The translations under genes and the position numbers were made by a program. The notes under the pieces are model-generated. The model was not told the origin of the DNA and did no database searches. It worked only from the letters and a program-made list of their open reading frames with translations. From a virus (taxonomy: Duplodnaviria; Caudoviricetes), in the IMG/VR virus record IMGVR_UViG_3300042741_000094, positions 1 to 41,958 of that record: a stretch of 41,958 bases of DNA; one strand, written 5' to 3'. How positions within the stretch are numbered: position 1 is the stretch's first letter; every line of letters starts with the position of its first letter. Below, one piece after another: positions 26,788 to 35,581 of the stretch.

Positions 26788-26921
26788 TACTCTGTATTTT
26801 TTAATTCAACTTTCTTTTCAAATTGTGACTGTTGATAGTCGTTAATAGGTGGCGGGTATTTAACCCGCTCCTGTTTAGATGTGCAGGATGTTAGGATGAG
26901 TATCAGGATGATGCGGGTCAT
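26787..26921 (-). CDS. Small lipoprotein-like peptide
   Basis: MTRIILILILTSC has a short hydrophobic stretch and a lipobox; alternative start at 26969. Confidence 0.5.
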   Translation of the reverse strand: MTRIILILILTSCTSKQERVKYPPPINDYQQSQFEKKVELKNTE

Positions 26922-26937
26922 TTGTCTTGACAAGCGG

Positions 26938-27153
26938 TTAATCCGTCCGATCCGCTTCGTGCTGATCATCTGTTTTCATTACCTCCATAACCGAAGCCAT
27001 ATCTATAAGGTGGCAAACAATCTGTTTTGCAAGTTCAGGGCTTAACCCTGATGCCGATTTGTCACCGTGAATAACTGTGATACCCGGCTTGTTCATTCCT
27101 TTATTGTTTGTTCCTATGTTTGATTCGGAAAACTTTATTATGATGTCATTCAT
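26938..27153 (-). CDS. Hypothetical protein
   Basis: 71-aa ORF with A-rich leader. Confidence 0.6.
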   Translation of the reverse strand: MNDIIIKFSESNIGTNNKGMNKPGITVIHGDKSASGLSPELAKQIVCHLIDMASVMEVMKTDDQHEADRTD

Positions 27154-27266
27154 TGTTTTAACTGTTAATTTAATTCCTGCTTCAAAATCCCGATGCTTCG
27201 CGCGATCATTCGCATTCGTTTACGGCCTTCCGTTGCATGGTGCGCCTTCTGTTAGTTCTTCGGGGA

Positions 27267-27509
27267 TCATATTTCTTCGGGATTATTCCTGTGCAGCATT
27301 TCGTAATTAAGATACGATTCGCCTAAATAAAATATTTGACAATTTCGGATTAAATACCACCGGCTTGTTCTGTCATCATCTGATTGTTCAAACAACAAGT
27401 CACCGCTTTTCACTCCCTTGTAATAATTGTTATTATAGCTAGATATTGATTCAACGTGTTCAAATTGCTCCATATCCAGGCCGTTTGGATAGTCATTTTC
27501 ATGCATCAT
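27267..27509 (-). CDS. Hypothetical protein
   Basis: ATGA-coupled to the exonuclease. Confidence 0.65.
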   Translation of the reverse strand: MMHENDYPNGLDMEQFEHVESISSYNNNYYKGVKSGDLLFEQSDDDRTSRWYLIRNCQIFYLGESYLNYEMLHRNNPEEI

Positions 27510-28372
27510 AACTCAAATTTAATGTTTCGTTTTTCGGTCGCTTCCTTGTTCAGTTCTTCCCAGTATTCGCGGGATAATTCTACGGCTTTTTTCATGATTA
27601 AAATGTCGTGGTCGGTTAAGTCGTAAACCATCACCGACGTGCGCTCCTGAATGGAATAACGGCTTTCAAAGTCGTACATATCTACCACGGATTGTTTAAA
27701 ATCTTCTGTTGGTCTGCCTTCTTCTTTCGATTCCTCCCATAATGACCAAATAACGCCATTTAACAGGTGTTCAGGGCAAGACATAAGGATTCGGGCTAAA
27801 TACCATTTATCTTTAAGTGTGAGCCATGAATAACCCTTACATTGCCATCTATACATTGGATCGTCACGGTCTTTATCATCATTGAACAGCTTTAACCCTT
27901 TTGGTTTGAATGGTGCTTTGCAATCAAGACCTACGGGGTTAATTAAATCAGGCGTACCCTGAATAAAGTCGTTTTGAAGCCATAATTCATTGCGCTGAAT
28001 GAACTTGCTGCCTTTATAACCCATGTATTCGCAAATCTGCCTAATCCCGCGCATTTCAACCTCATTGCCTTTTTTGGTTTCCTTGGTTGAAAACGACCCT
28101 TCAAAATCAAAGAAGTTATTGTAATGCTGTTCACGTATGTATGTCTTTGCGCCAGTTGTCAATTGGCACTGTTCAAGTTCGCCTTTTTGGATTCGGTCAA
28201 ACTTCTCTTTCAGAGCTAAATAGTCCTTTGAAGACGATTCTTTGGTTATTGCTTGAAACTTTGCCCAGCGCTCGGATTCGCTTTCGGTAAAAGCCACGGG
28301 TTGACCTAATTTTAACCCGTGGCAGATGTTACCGAGTGCAGAACAGCGTATTTTAAGATTTTCCGCTTGCAT
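27506..28372 (-). CDS. YqaJ/lambda-exonuclease-like PD-(D/E)XK nuclease
   Basis: IRCS..G, KGNEVE, GTPDL...DCK, YRWQCKGY motifs; adjacent to the RecT-like gene. Confidence 0.8.
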   Translation of the reverse strand: MQAENLKIRCSALGNICHGLKLGQPVAFTESESERWAKFQAITKESSSKDYLALKEKFDRIQKGELEQCQLTTGAKTYIREQHYNNFFDFEGSFSTKETKKGNEVEMRGIRQICEYMGYKGSKFIQRNELWLQNDFIQGTPDLINPVGLDCKAPFKPKGLKLFNDDKDRDDPMYRWQCKGYSWLTLKDKWYLARILMSCPEHLLNGVIWSLWEESKEEGRPTEDFKQSVVDMYDFESRYSIQERTSVMVYDLTDHDILIMKKAVELSREYWEELNKEATEKRNIKFEL

Positions 28373-29414
28373 TCTCCAGTCCGTTGATAATTTCGGCTCG
28401 TTGCTCCGATGTTACGATGTACTCAGATTCGACGGCCTCTAAGGTGGTTGAATTACCCTTGATTAGATCAATAATATTTTCAATATCACCAATTCCGAGA
28501 GGCTTTTTTTCCGGCAATTCCTTTGACTTTACCACCGTATGTGTTACATCAATTGTGTGGGCTACCATGTCGGCATTTTCAACAACTGAAAGTGGTAAAT
28601 CAATTTTTTCACTGTCAATAGTAATTGAATTGTAGGCTGCTCGGTAGATTGTTTTCCAAAGCATTTCATCACGCCATCCCGGAACAACTTCCTTTTTCCC
28701 TGTTTTATTTCCGTCTGCTCCATACTCATCTTTTTCACCCCCCCAAAATTCAGCAGAAGCATGTTTAGGCTTACGTTTTTCAAGGTCTGAAAGCGTGAGG
28801 TAGACAAGTTTGTTTTTTGCGGGATTTTCGATAAATTCATGGAAGTAGAACCCTCCTATCACATGACCTCGATCCAACACGTTGCCCCATTTGAAGCGAT
28901 AATTATCCGAAGGGTTATCAACATCTTTTTTGATCGGATCAAAAACGTCGTTTAATCGAATAAGTTCAACCACGACGTTATCAGGTATATCAAGCCCGTA
29001 TTTACGTGCCTTCAATTCAATGCCTCGATATTCCGGCATAAGTGCGACGTCAATTTTACCAGTGGATGAATTGGCGAATGGAACTAATGCAACATGGTTC
29101 TTTTGCAATGGGTCAAGTCCGACAAGGGCAAATGAAGCGCAATCCATAGCAAGTGCATTCATGTTGACATTTTTCCATGCAAACTCCATTTTTTCACGGT
29201 ATTTTTCCGATTTTCTCAATCGCTTTGCTTCCCACTGGAATAAGGATTGATCCAGCTTGATAAAGTAGTTTTGGATCAGTCTTTTTTGCCGATCACTTAC
29301 CTTTAGACCCGCTCCGATTGAATCAACTTCTTTCATTACGCTTGCGACAAATCGCTGCGATAAAGCCGCTTTTTCTTCTTGTGGCGCAAGGCTCTGTGTG
29401 TTTGTTGTTGTCAT
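28353..29414 (-). CDS. recT: RecT-like single-strand annealing protein
   Basis: VGLDPL..HVALVPF, YRG, VVVELI..ND.F, W..EM..KT..R motifs; paired with the exonuclease. Confidence 0.8.
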   Translation of the reverse strand: MTTTNTQSLAPQEEKAALSQRFVASVMKEVDSIGAGLKVSDRQKRLIQNYFIKLDQSLFQWEAKRLRKSEKYREKMEFAWKNVNMNALAMDCASFALVGLDPLQKNHVALVPFANSSTGKIDVALMPEYRGIELKARKYGLDIPDNVVVELIRLNDVFDPIKKDVDNPSDNYRFKWGNVLDRGHVIGGFYFHEFIENPAKNKLVYLTLSDLEKRKPKHASAEFWGGEKDEYGADGNKTGKKEVVPGWRDEMLWKTIYRAAYNSITIDSEKIDLPLSVVENADMVAHTIDVTHTVVKSKELPEKKPLGIGDIENIIDLIKGNSTTLEAVESEYIVTSEQRAEIINGLENASGKS

Positions 29415-29432
29415 TTATTTTGATTTATTTAT

Positions 29433-29852
29433 TTACAATTCCTCATTCATTCGGTCGCAAATGCGCTCTGCTTCTACGTTTAACTCCATAGCAATATAAT
29501 CACCCAGGGGCACGTTATCAATGTCGCATCGTTTGTAAAAACCGCTTTTAATGATTATCATGCGAATGCCCCAAGTGTCGGGATCATCCTCAATTGGCGT
29601 AGCTACTACTGGAGAAAGAACGAATTTAGGATGAAACTCAAAAGTCGGGCGCGTGTCCGTGTCTGTGACAAACATCGCTTTGATGATTGCATCTTCGCCT
29701 TCTCCTGTGGTTAGGATTTCGTGATACTCAATCTCGATATGAGGCAATTCCTGAATGTTTTCAATCCCAACTGTTAGAACAGCTAAATCGCGGTTGTTGG
29801 TGGTTGTTAGATTGCCCGTGGCTGGGTCGGTGAATAAGTATGATGTTTTCAT
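29433..29852 (-). CDS. Hypothetical protein
   Basis: 139 aa, ATGA-coupled. Confidence 0.7.
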   Translation of the reverse strand: MKTSYLFTDPATGNLTTTNNRDLAVLTVGIENIQELPHIEIEYHEILTTGEGEDAIIKAMFVTDTDTRPTFEFHPKFVLSPVVATPIEDDPDTWGIRMIIIKSGFYKRCDIDNVPLGDYIAMELNVEAERICDRMNEEL

Positions 29853-30148
29853 TCTGTGGCTTCTCTGATTAATTTTTGAATTTCTTTTGATTTTGTTATC
29901 AACGCCAAATGAGTATCAATGCCTCTACCGTAATTATCCGCTTGTAAGTCAACAACGCTTTGAAGCATTTCAAGCATTTCAGGGGCTTTTGAAATAAGTT
30001 TGGCATTCGCTTCAGTTTCAATAGTTGTTTCGCCCAAGTATCTTTTATCTGTGACTTCGCAAACTTTATCCATGTACTCACTCCATATAGACAAATCGCC
30101 TTCATCAAAATGATTCCATTTTCCTTTTGTGCCTTTAAAATCTTTCAT
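29849..30148 (-). CDS. Hypothetical phage protein
   Basis: FKGTKGKW...ANAKLISKAPEMLEML, a common phage accessory family pattern. Confidence 0.8.
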   Translation of the reverse strand: MKDFKGTKGKWNHFDEGDLSIWSEYMDKVCEVTDKRYLGETTIETEANAKLISKAPEMLEMLQSVVDLQADNYGRGIDTHLALITKSKEIQKLIREATE

Positions 30149-30265
30149 GCCTCTGTTTTTTTACCAAATTTACGTTGATTGATTTAGGTTTTGCTTGCAA
30201 TTATGATGAAAGGCGGTAGGTTAGGATGATTGGTTAGGTTATTGTTAGGTTTCACATAAAATTCC

Positions 30266-30562
30266 CTAAAAATTAAACGTTGCCACATGAACCATGCCGT
30301 TCAAATTGAAATATCCCGTTATTTGTTTGGGTTGTTTTAGCAATTCAGCATGGTCTAAAATGTCTTGTTTTAGTTGACCTTGGATTTTCATAAAATTGGA
30401 ATCCTTAATGCTGTTGGATAGGTCAATCACGTATTGATCATATTTATCTGAATCGTTGGTATCTAATGCGTTTTTGATCGCGATTAATGACCAATATGTC
30501 TCATTCATTAACAGCTGCTCAACAGCTACTAAAATGCCCTTTGAAATGATTTGCTTGTTCAT
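30266..30562 (-). CDS. Hypothetical protein
   Basis: 98 aa; own promoter at 30586-30593. Confidence 0.7.
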   Translation of the reverse strand: MNKQIISKGILVAVEQLLMNETYWSLIAIKNALDTNDSDKYDQYVIDLSNSIKDSNFMKIQGQLKQDILDHAELLKQPKQITGYFNLNGMVHVATFNF

Positions 30563-30636
30563 ACCTTTTATTTTTATCGTTTCAACAAAGGTAGGTTAAT
30601 GCGCTCGGTGTTTTATCACAATTGTGATGAACGGTT

Positions 30637-31206
30637 TTAAGGCTTGATGGATGGTTTATGCCGTACTATTGCCATTGGCCTACTGTTTATTTCTCCGAAA
30701 ACATCATCAGCAGCAATAGCGTTTTGAATGGCGTGAATATGAAATCTAAACTCATTCATTGCATCAGGATGACTAAAATTACAATTTACAAGTGATGCCC
30801 ACAATGTAACAGTATTGTCCAATGCTTGCTGTTTAGGCGTTGGTTTTTGAGGCGGTGGCGGCACTGGTTGACCTGATGGAAATCTAACCGGATCACCATT
30901 TTTTAAGAAATGATACCTTGGAGGTAACAACGATAATTCGTGCTTCTTGATTAGATTGTCAATGTATTTTTCGGATTTTTCCTTTGATTTAAAAGGCTTT
31001 AAGCCATTTACATAACTACCCTCTATGCGTATTATACCTATTGTTTGATTTCTTGCTATACCCCCAAGGTAGTTTATTCTACACCAATCACCTCGTTCTG
31101 TTGTTTTTTTCCACCACAAATAACCCTTCGTTTCCGTCCACTTGAAAAAGCGTTCGATTCTGAATTGTCCGCTGGATTCTTTAATCCTAAAGTCTGATTT
31201 TTTCAT
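30637..31206 (-). CDS. Hypothetical protein with Pro-rich linker
   Basis: Probable start MKKSDF (ATGA overlap); QPVPPPPQKP. Confidence 0.65.
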   Translation of the reverse strand: MKKSDFRIKESSGQFRIERFFKWTETKGYLWWKKTTERGDWCRINYLGGIARNQTIGIIRIEGSYVNGLKPFKSKEKSEKYIDNLIKKHELSLLPPRYHFLKNGDPVRFPSGQPVPPPPQKPTPKQQALDNTVTLWASLVNCNFSHPDAMNEFRFHIHAIQNAIAADDVFGEINSRPMAIVRHKPSIKP

Positions 31207-31487
31207 TCTGCTTCTTTTGATTGTTTGTAATTCATTATTTGATCCAGTGAATAACCCGGAGAATTTTTCCAAATTGATAATCTAATCGACCTCCAAAACT
31301 CATCCAATAATTCCGTTTCCGTGAGAAAGAAATCCATAGGATCGCACTCGCTGATTTTCACCCAATAAGGAATAAATAGGAATCTTTTTTTTATGTACAG
31401 TTCGTATCTGTTTACGTTGCCCAATCCTGTTTTGATTGGTCTGTTTACCATCCTGAAATCAGGGCAGTTTACCTTTTGTTTTTTCAT
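31203..31487 (-). CDS. Hypothetical protein
   Basis: Coupled overlaps. Confidence 0.65.
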   Translation of the reverse strand: MKKQKVNCPDFRMVNRPIKTGLGNVNRYELYIKKRFLFIPYWVKISECDPMDFFLTETELLDEFWRSIRLSIWKNSPGYSLDQIMNYKQSKEAE

Positions 31488-31669
31488 TTCCGGTATTTAT
31501 TTTTGTTTATCTGTTCATCTAAATAATTCATGGAGTGTTCAACGTCTTTCACAATTGATTCAAGTCGTTGTATTTCGTCTATTAAAGATTGTATGGCTTG
31601 TTTGTTACCTTTTTCTGCTGATTGTTTAAGCACTATCTTTTCGGTGATGCTCATGTACTTTATTTTCAT
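31484..31669 (-). CDS. Coiled-coil hypothetical protein
   Basis: Coupled overlaps. Confidence 0.65.
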   Translation of the reverse strand: MKIKYMSITEKIVLKQSAEKGNKQAIQSLIDEIQRLESIVKDVEHSMNYLDEQINKNKYRK

Positions 31670-32100
31670 GGCTTAATTTTTTTGATTGCGTTTTCAGATT
31701 CACGGAGTAGGTAGGACATAAACTCGGCCTCATCCTCATGTTCAAAAGGGGTGTCCATAGGATATTTGAAAAGAGATTGATTTTTCACGATCATTTCAGC
31801 TATTTTAAGCAACTCATCGCGCTGCTCCAATAACTGACGGGGCGTTAGTCCTGTTTCCGTTGCTACATTGAAGGTTTGAGCGATCAAAACAGCGTTTTCC
31901 TTAAGCTCATCATTTTTCATGTGATAAATATCGTTTGTCGGGTAATAATCGTAAGGCGTTACTGTGTATATATTAATAGACTTGTTTTTATCCAAAAGAA
32001 GCCTAACAGATATACAATCAAAAGCCGCTGCTTTACTCGTGGAAGACAAATAAACCACATTAAACTTACCTTTTGTGCCTTTAAAATCTTTCATACTCAT
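31666..32100 (-). CDS. Hypothetical phage protein
   Basis: MSMKDFKGTKGK...FNVATETGLTPRQLLEQRDELL; promoter TAATTTTG at 32116-32123 favours the 32100 or 32094 start. Confidence 0.75.
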   Translation of the reverse strand: MSMKDFKGTKGKFNVVYLSSTSKAAAFDCISVRLLLDKNKSINIYTVTPYDYYPTNDIYHMKNDELKENAVLIAQTFNVATETGLTPRQLLEQRDELLKIAEMIVKNQSLFKYPMDTPFEHEDEAEFMSYLLRESENAIKKIKP

Positions 32101-32197
32101 AACCTTTATTTTCCACAAAATTAGCATATTTTCAGGTTTAAACAAACTTTTTTAAATATTTTTTATATTTTTTTATTGCTAATTAAAAAATAGTTTG

Positions 32198-32205
32198 TAT
32201 GTTTG
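32198..32205 (+). promoter_or_regulatory. Rightward promoter (-7 box) for the tRNA-led operon
   Basis: TATGTTTG in the AT-rich divergent intergenic region. Confidence 0.6.
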
Positions 32206-32273
32206 CAGTCATAGTGTTTTAATTAGGTAGTGAGGCAGCCCGGGTAATGATAGCGATTGTTATCCGGGCAAAC

Positions 32274-32345
32274 GCTCCGATAGACAAGTGGTTAAGTCAT
32301 TGCCTTTTCACGGCAAAGTCACGGGTTCGATCCCCGTTCGGAGTG
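32274..32345 (+). tRNA. tRNA-Glu (anticodon TTC)
   Basis: Acceptor GCTCCGA/TCGGAGT, D-arm GAC..GTC with TGG, anticodon stem TTGCC/GGCAA with loop TTTTCAC, T-arm ACGGG-TTCGATC-CCCGT; CCA not encoded. Confidence 0.93.
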
Positions 32346-32516
32346 CAAATAAAAGAATCCGGCCTTCACGGATAAATGAAGGGTTATATGCTTAGTGCTT
32401 TGATAATGGCAATAGGCAGATAAAGGATCTCCCCGCCCTGATAGATGGGAGCAAGTTATTACAAGCGGTCAATGCCTGAACGGTTCAAACGGGGTTGACC
32501 GCTTAAATTTTGGAGT

Positions 32517-32720
32517 ATGGAAATAGATGAATTACAGTTAGAAAAAACAATAAACGAAACTTTTGATTTAGCTATCTCCTTTGGTCTTGAAAAAACGACT
32601 GCAGTTGAGCAATTAATGTTTATGCAAATGTTGAGACAAATAGCGAGGGATTCATTTGATTTAGCTCAACAAGCTTCTTCTAGGCCTATTCGCGAATTGT
32701 CCCGCAAGTTTTCAAGATAA
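32517..32720 (+). CDS. Hypothetical protein
   Basis: 67-aa ORF after the structured region. Confidence 0.6.
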   Translation: MEIDELQLEKTINETFDLAISFGLEKTTAVEQLMFMQMLRQIARDSFDLAQQASSRPIRELSRKFSR

Positions 32721-32750
32721 TTTTACAGACGATAACACTGAACTATTAAA

Positions 32751-32834
32751 ATGATCCCACTAATAACCATATCATTATCAATTGTCGCGGGTATATTCGT
32801 GGGAGTTGCAACCGATTTAATTACGGAGCGATGA
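32751..32834 (+). CDS. 27-aa hydrophobic peptide (not in the ORF track)
   Basis: MIPLITISLSIVAGIFVGVATDLITER*; A-rich leader. Confidence 0.45.
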   Translation: MIPLITISLSIVAGIFVGVATDLITER

Positions 32835-32881
32835 GAAATGCTCCGAATGGACACACCAATATAATTAATTAATCAATAAAA

Positions 32882-33043
32882 ATGGCAGAAAAAAAGAAAA
32901 TCGGAAGGCCGGAAGAGCCGCCAAAAGGAAAGATTAGCGTTTCAGTTGATAAACGGGTCATTGGTGAAATTCGGGCTGATGCGGCTGCGGCTGTGAGGCG
33001 TTTGGAACGAGCGGCATTAAAGGAATATGGATTTATTAAATAA
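32882..33043 (+). CDS. 53-aa putative DNA-binding protein, ribbon-helix-helix-like (not in the ORF track)
   Basis: MAEKKKIGRPEEPPKGKISVSVDKRVIGEIRA...; GRP arm, alternating beta strand, then helices. Confidence 0.6.
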   Translation: MAEKKKIGRPEEPPKGKISVSVDKRVIGEIRADAAAAVRRLERAALKEYGFIK

Positions 33044-33052
33044 TAAAAAGCC

Positions 33053-33334
33053 ATGAAAAAACTAAAATCGCCAAAATTTCTAAACATTGCAAGCGTTTTT
33101 TTGATCTTATGGGCTGCTTGCGTTGTTTGGATTGTCGCGGCTATCTGCTGCCTGATGTTCGGAATAGATTTACTCATTGGGTGGGCAACTATTTCAGCAT
33201 TTCTAAGTGGCGGACTTTACTTCCTGTTCTTTTTCCTGTTTAAACACGCTGAAAATGCAGAGTTCCTTGATTTGGTGTTTAAAAAACCAACTAAAGAATT
33301 TATGGATAACGTGGTTAATAAGGGAAAAAAGTAA
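33053..33334 (+). CDS. Membrane protein (2 TM segments)
   Basis: Two long hydrophobic stretches with basic termini. Confidence 0.75.
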   Translation: MKKLKSPKFLNIASVFLILWAACVVWIVAAICCLMFGIDLLIGWATISAFLSGGLYFLFFFLFKHAENAEFLDLVFKKPTKEFMDNVVNKGKK

Positions 33335-33399
33335 GTAAATCGGCAAGTGTTTTGAAATACTTACTCGATTGAATTTTAAACAATTAAAACAAACATAAC

Positions 33400-34005
33400 A
33401 TGAACAATTGGTTTGAAGTTAAGGTGAAATACACCAAACAATTAGACAATGGCGCATTCAAACGGGTTTCAGAACCTTATTTGCTTGCCGCCATGACTTT
33501 CACGGATGCCGAGGCGCGCATCTATGAGGAATTAGGATCGGTTATCCGTGGCGAATTTCGGGTGACGAATATCGCGCCAAAGGAATACCACGACATATTT
33601 CCTTATGACGATTCGGATGAATGGTTCAAATGCAAGGTGGTTTATAGCGCACATGATGGTGATTCTGAAAGGAAGAAAATTGTGCAGTATTTTCTTGTCG
33701 GAGCGCACACAGTTGAGGAAGCGACCGCGCGTTTGAAAGAAAACCTTAAAGACCTGTTGGCTGACTTCGATGTTCCAAAGGTGGAGTTATCGCCTATCGT
33801 GGATGTTTATCCGGTTAAGGAAGTAATTGATGGAGCGGATGAAGAATTCATAAGTATATCAAAACAAAAGTATGAAGGTGTTTTGGGCGCGCTAAAATCA
33901 ATTAGGAATTCAGTCAATGTTCATCCCGACTGTGAAGCGGATTCAGAATTTGAGGACATGGTTTCCATGTGTGACGAAGTAATTAAGGAAGCGGATGAAG
34001 TTTGA
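33400..34005 (+). CDS. DUF4494-like protein with C-terminal extension
   Basis: WFEVKVKY...VSEPYL..A.TFTDAEARI.EE; second repeat WFKCKV. Confidence 0.82.
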   Translation: MNNWFEVKVKYTKQLDNGAFKRVSEPYLLAAMTFTDAEARIYEELGSVIRGEFRVTNIAPKEYHDIFPYDDSDEWFKCKVVYSAHDGDSERKKIVQYFLVGAHTVEEATARLKENLKDLLADFDVPKVELSPIVDVYPVKEVIDGADEEFISISKQKYEGVLGALKSIRNSVNVHPDCEADSEFEDMVSMCDEVIKEADEV

Positions 34006-34219
34006 AGAGATATTTAATGAAGATGGTCTTTATTCTTCGGATGACTTTGTTGAAGGTTTTTGCTTTGAAATAAGTAATGGGTCTTTGTTTGGCGTCCAAT
34101 ACAGATGTGCAAATGATTTATTGCCTGAAAAAGATAACTTTCACACATACAAAGGATTGTTTGCCAAAGATTACAAAAAGGTATATACGATACAATCTCT
34201 GTTTAAGGATTCCGATTAA
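33995..34219 (+). CDS. Hypothetical protein
   Basis: 74 aa, overlaps the upstream stop. Confidence 0.7.
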   Translation: MKFEEIFNEDGLYSSDDFVEGFCFEISNGSLFGVQYRCANDLLPEKDNFHTYKGLFAKDYKKVYTIQSLFKDSD

Positions 34220-34227
34220 CCCATCAA

Positions 34228-34261
34228 ACCCCGGCCTAATCAGTCGGGGTATTTGTTTTTT
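34228..34261 (+). terminator. Terminator between convergent genes
   Basis: ACCCCGGC/GTCGGGGT stem followed by ATTTGTTTTTT. Confidence 0.6.
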
Positions 34262-34575
34262 GCTAAAATGCGCTCAAACCTCTCAATATGGTCTGTGTTT
34301 CGTTGGATCACGGCTGATTGATTCTTAACTAACTCGATCAGGGTGCTCTGTACCATTATCTCGAGCTGCTCTATCTTCTTATCTTGTTTTGCGACAACAA
34401 TAGCATTGTCGTTCCTTTGGAAGAAAACAACAGCGCACAAGACAATAATAGCCAGCCCCCCTTTGATTACCTCGTTAATCAGCTTGTCTTTAGCTTCTAT
34501 TGTCATTGTTGTTTTTTCAACAAATATAAGATAATTTTGATTTGCCGCTTGTCCGTTTTTGAAACCGTATGTCAT
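34240..34575 (-). CDS. Putative holin-like membrane protein
   Basis: One TM segment plus coiled coil; co-oriented with the tail genes; true start may be 34506 (MTIEAK). Confidence 0.5.
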   Translation of the reverse strand: MTYGFKNGQAANQNYLIFVEKTTMTIEAKDKLINEVIKGGLAIIVLCAVVFFQRNDNAIVVAKQDKKIEQLEIMVQSTLIELVKNQSAVIQRNTDHIERFERILAKNKYPD

Positions 34576-34605
34576 AATTTGGTGGTTTGGATCAGTGGAA
34601 GTGGG

Positions 34606-34613
34606 TATATTTG
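34606..34613 (+). promoter_or_regulatory. Promoter facing cassette array 2
   Basis: TATATTTG followed by the AACGATAA leader motif, about 60 nt before the first attC-like site. Confidence 0.55.
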
Positions 34614-34847
34614 GGGTGTAATTAACGATAAAAATTTAATAGCATGGACGAACAGAAACTAAGCCTTGCCGATAACGGCATCTGCTTTGCGAAGTGACGG
34701 TTTTCAAGGCACAAATGTTCATTAAAGCACTAAATTTTATTCAAGGCACAAGGGTTTAAATTAGCACTTCACCCGCCATTTTGCAAAGCAAGTGTTAGCG
34801 GTTCGGGCTTCTCCGCTTTTAGAAGTCCAAAGTTTAATAACAAGAAA

Positions 34848-35150
34848 ATGAACGCAAAAGAGTATTACGAAGAAATGAGAAAAGCAGGTTTAACGGAAGA
34901 TATTACTTCAAATGACGAACCTGATTACAAGCAACCTTTTTACCAAAACATTTTTAGACTAATGGAAGGTTTTTCACAAAAAAGAAAAATCACACCTGTA
35001 ACAGAATTTGAGGATGTTGTAAGACCTGTAATTAAATACCTGTGTGAAAATCATCACCCACACGTAACAGTAATTGTCACACCTACAAATGCAGAATTAT
35101 TGGAAGGTCAAAAGTCAACTGGTCAAATTATGGATTACGTTGTCGATTAG
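34848..35150 (+). CDS. Hypothetical protein (cassette 1)
   Basis: 100 aa; stop directly before CCTGACCGCTAAC. Confidence 0.8.
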   Translation: MNAKEYYEEMRKAGLTEDITSNDEPDYKQPFYQNIFRLMEGFSQKRKITPVTEFEDVVRPVIKYLCENHHPHVTVIVTPTNAELLEGQKSTGQIMDYVVD

Positions 35151-35249
35151 CCTGACCGCTAACGGATTCGGGGTTTGTGATAGTTTTATTTTGCTCTCAC
35201 AAATGCTCATTCAAAGAACTGAACTAAATTATTAAAAACAAATCTCAAT

Positions 35250-35543
35250 ATGGAAACTGAACGGCAAAATAAAATTTCATCAAACCCTCGTGTTAGGCGT
35301 AGTGCCACTCTCGGAATACACTTCGGAGCATTGGCAGACCCAATAGCAAAGCAATTAAAGAAGCAAGGGTTTAAGTATAAGGTAGAAGATGTAATGCACT
35401 TTGAAAAACAATTAGATGCTATTACACGACTGAAATTTGCTTCTTTAATTGCGGATAATGTGGCGAAGAAAGCCTATGATAAACTATACAAGAATATTCA
35501 GCGACACGTTATGAAGGTGAACAAACTTACGAAGGTGGCATAG
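35250..35543 (+). CDS. Hypothetical protein (cassette 2, start inside the attC-like loop)
   Basis: 97 aa; reads through the GTT at 35292. Confidence 0.75.
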   Translation: METERQNKISSNPRVRRSATLGIHFGALADPIAKQLKKQGFKYKVEDVMHFEKQLDAITRLKFASLIADNVAKKAYDKLYKNIQRHVMKVNKLTKVA

Positions 35544-35581
35544 GCATTACCGCTAACGTTGAATATAAATGCAGTAGCGAT

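Noticed and set aside
32274-32345. tRNA as an attP/integration site
   Set aside because: No integrase and no duplicated tRNA 3' fragment in the window.
32437-32452. Hammerhead ribozyme near CCCTGATAGATGGG
   Set aside because: The CTGAnGA core is not matched and there is no correctly placed GAAA.
32869-33177. Minus-strand 102-aa ORF
   Set aside because: Antisense to two better-supported plus-strand genes (32882-33043 and 33053-33334).
33331-33370. ATCGGCAAG as the missing left partner of GCCTTGCCGATAAC (34663-34676)
   Set aside because: It lacks the GTT core and is explained by a local hairpin; the match is too short to support.
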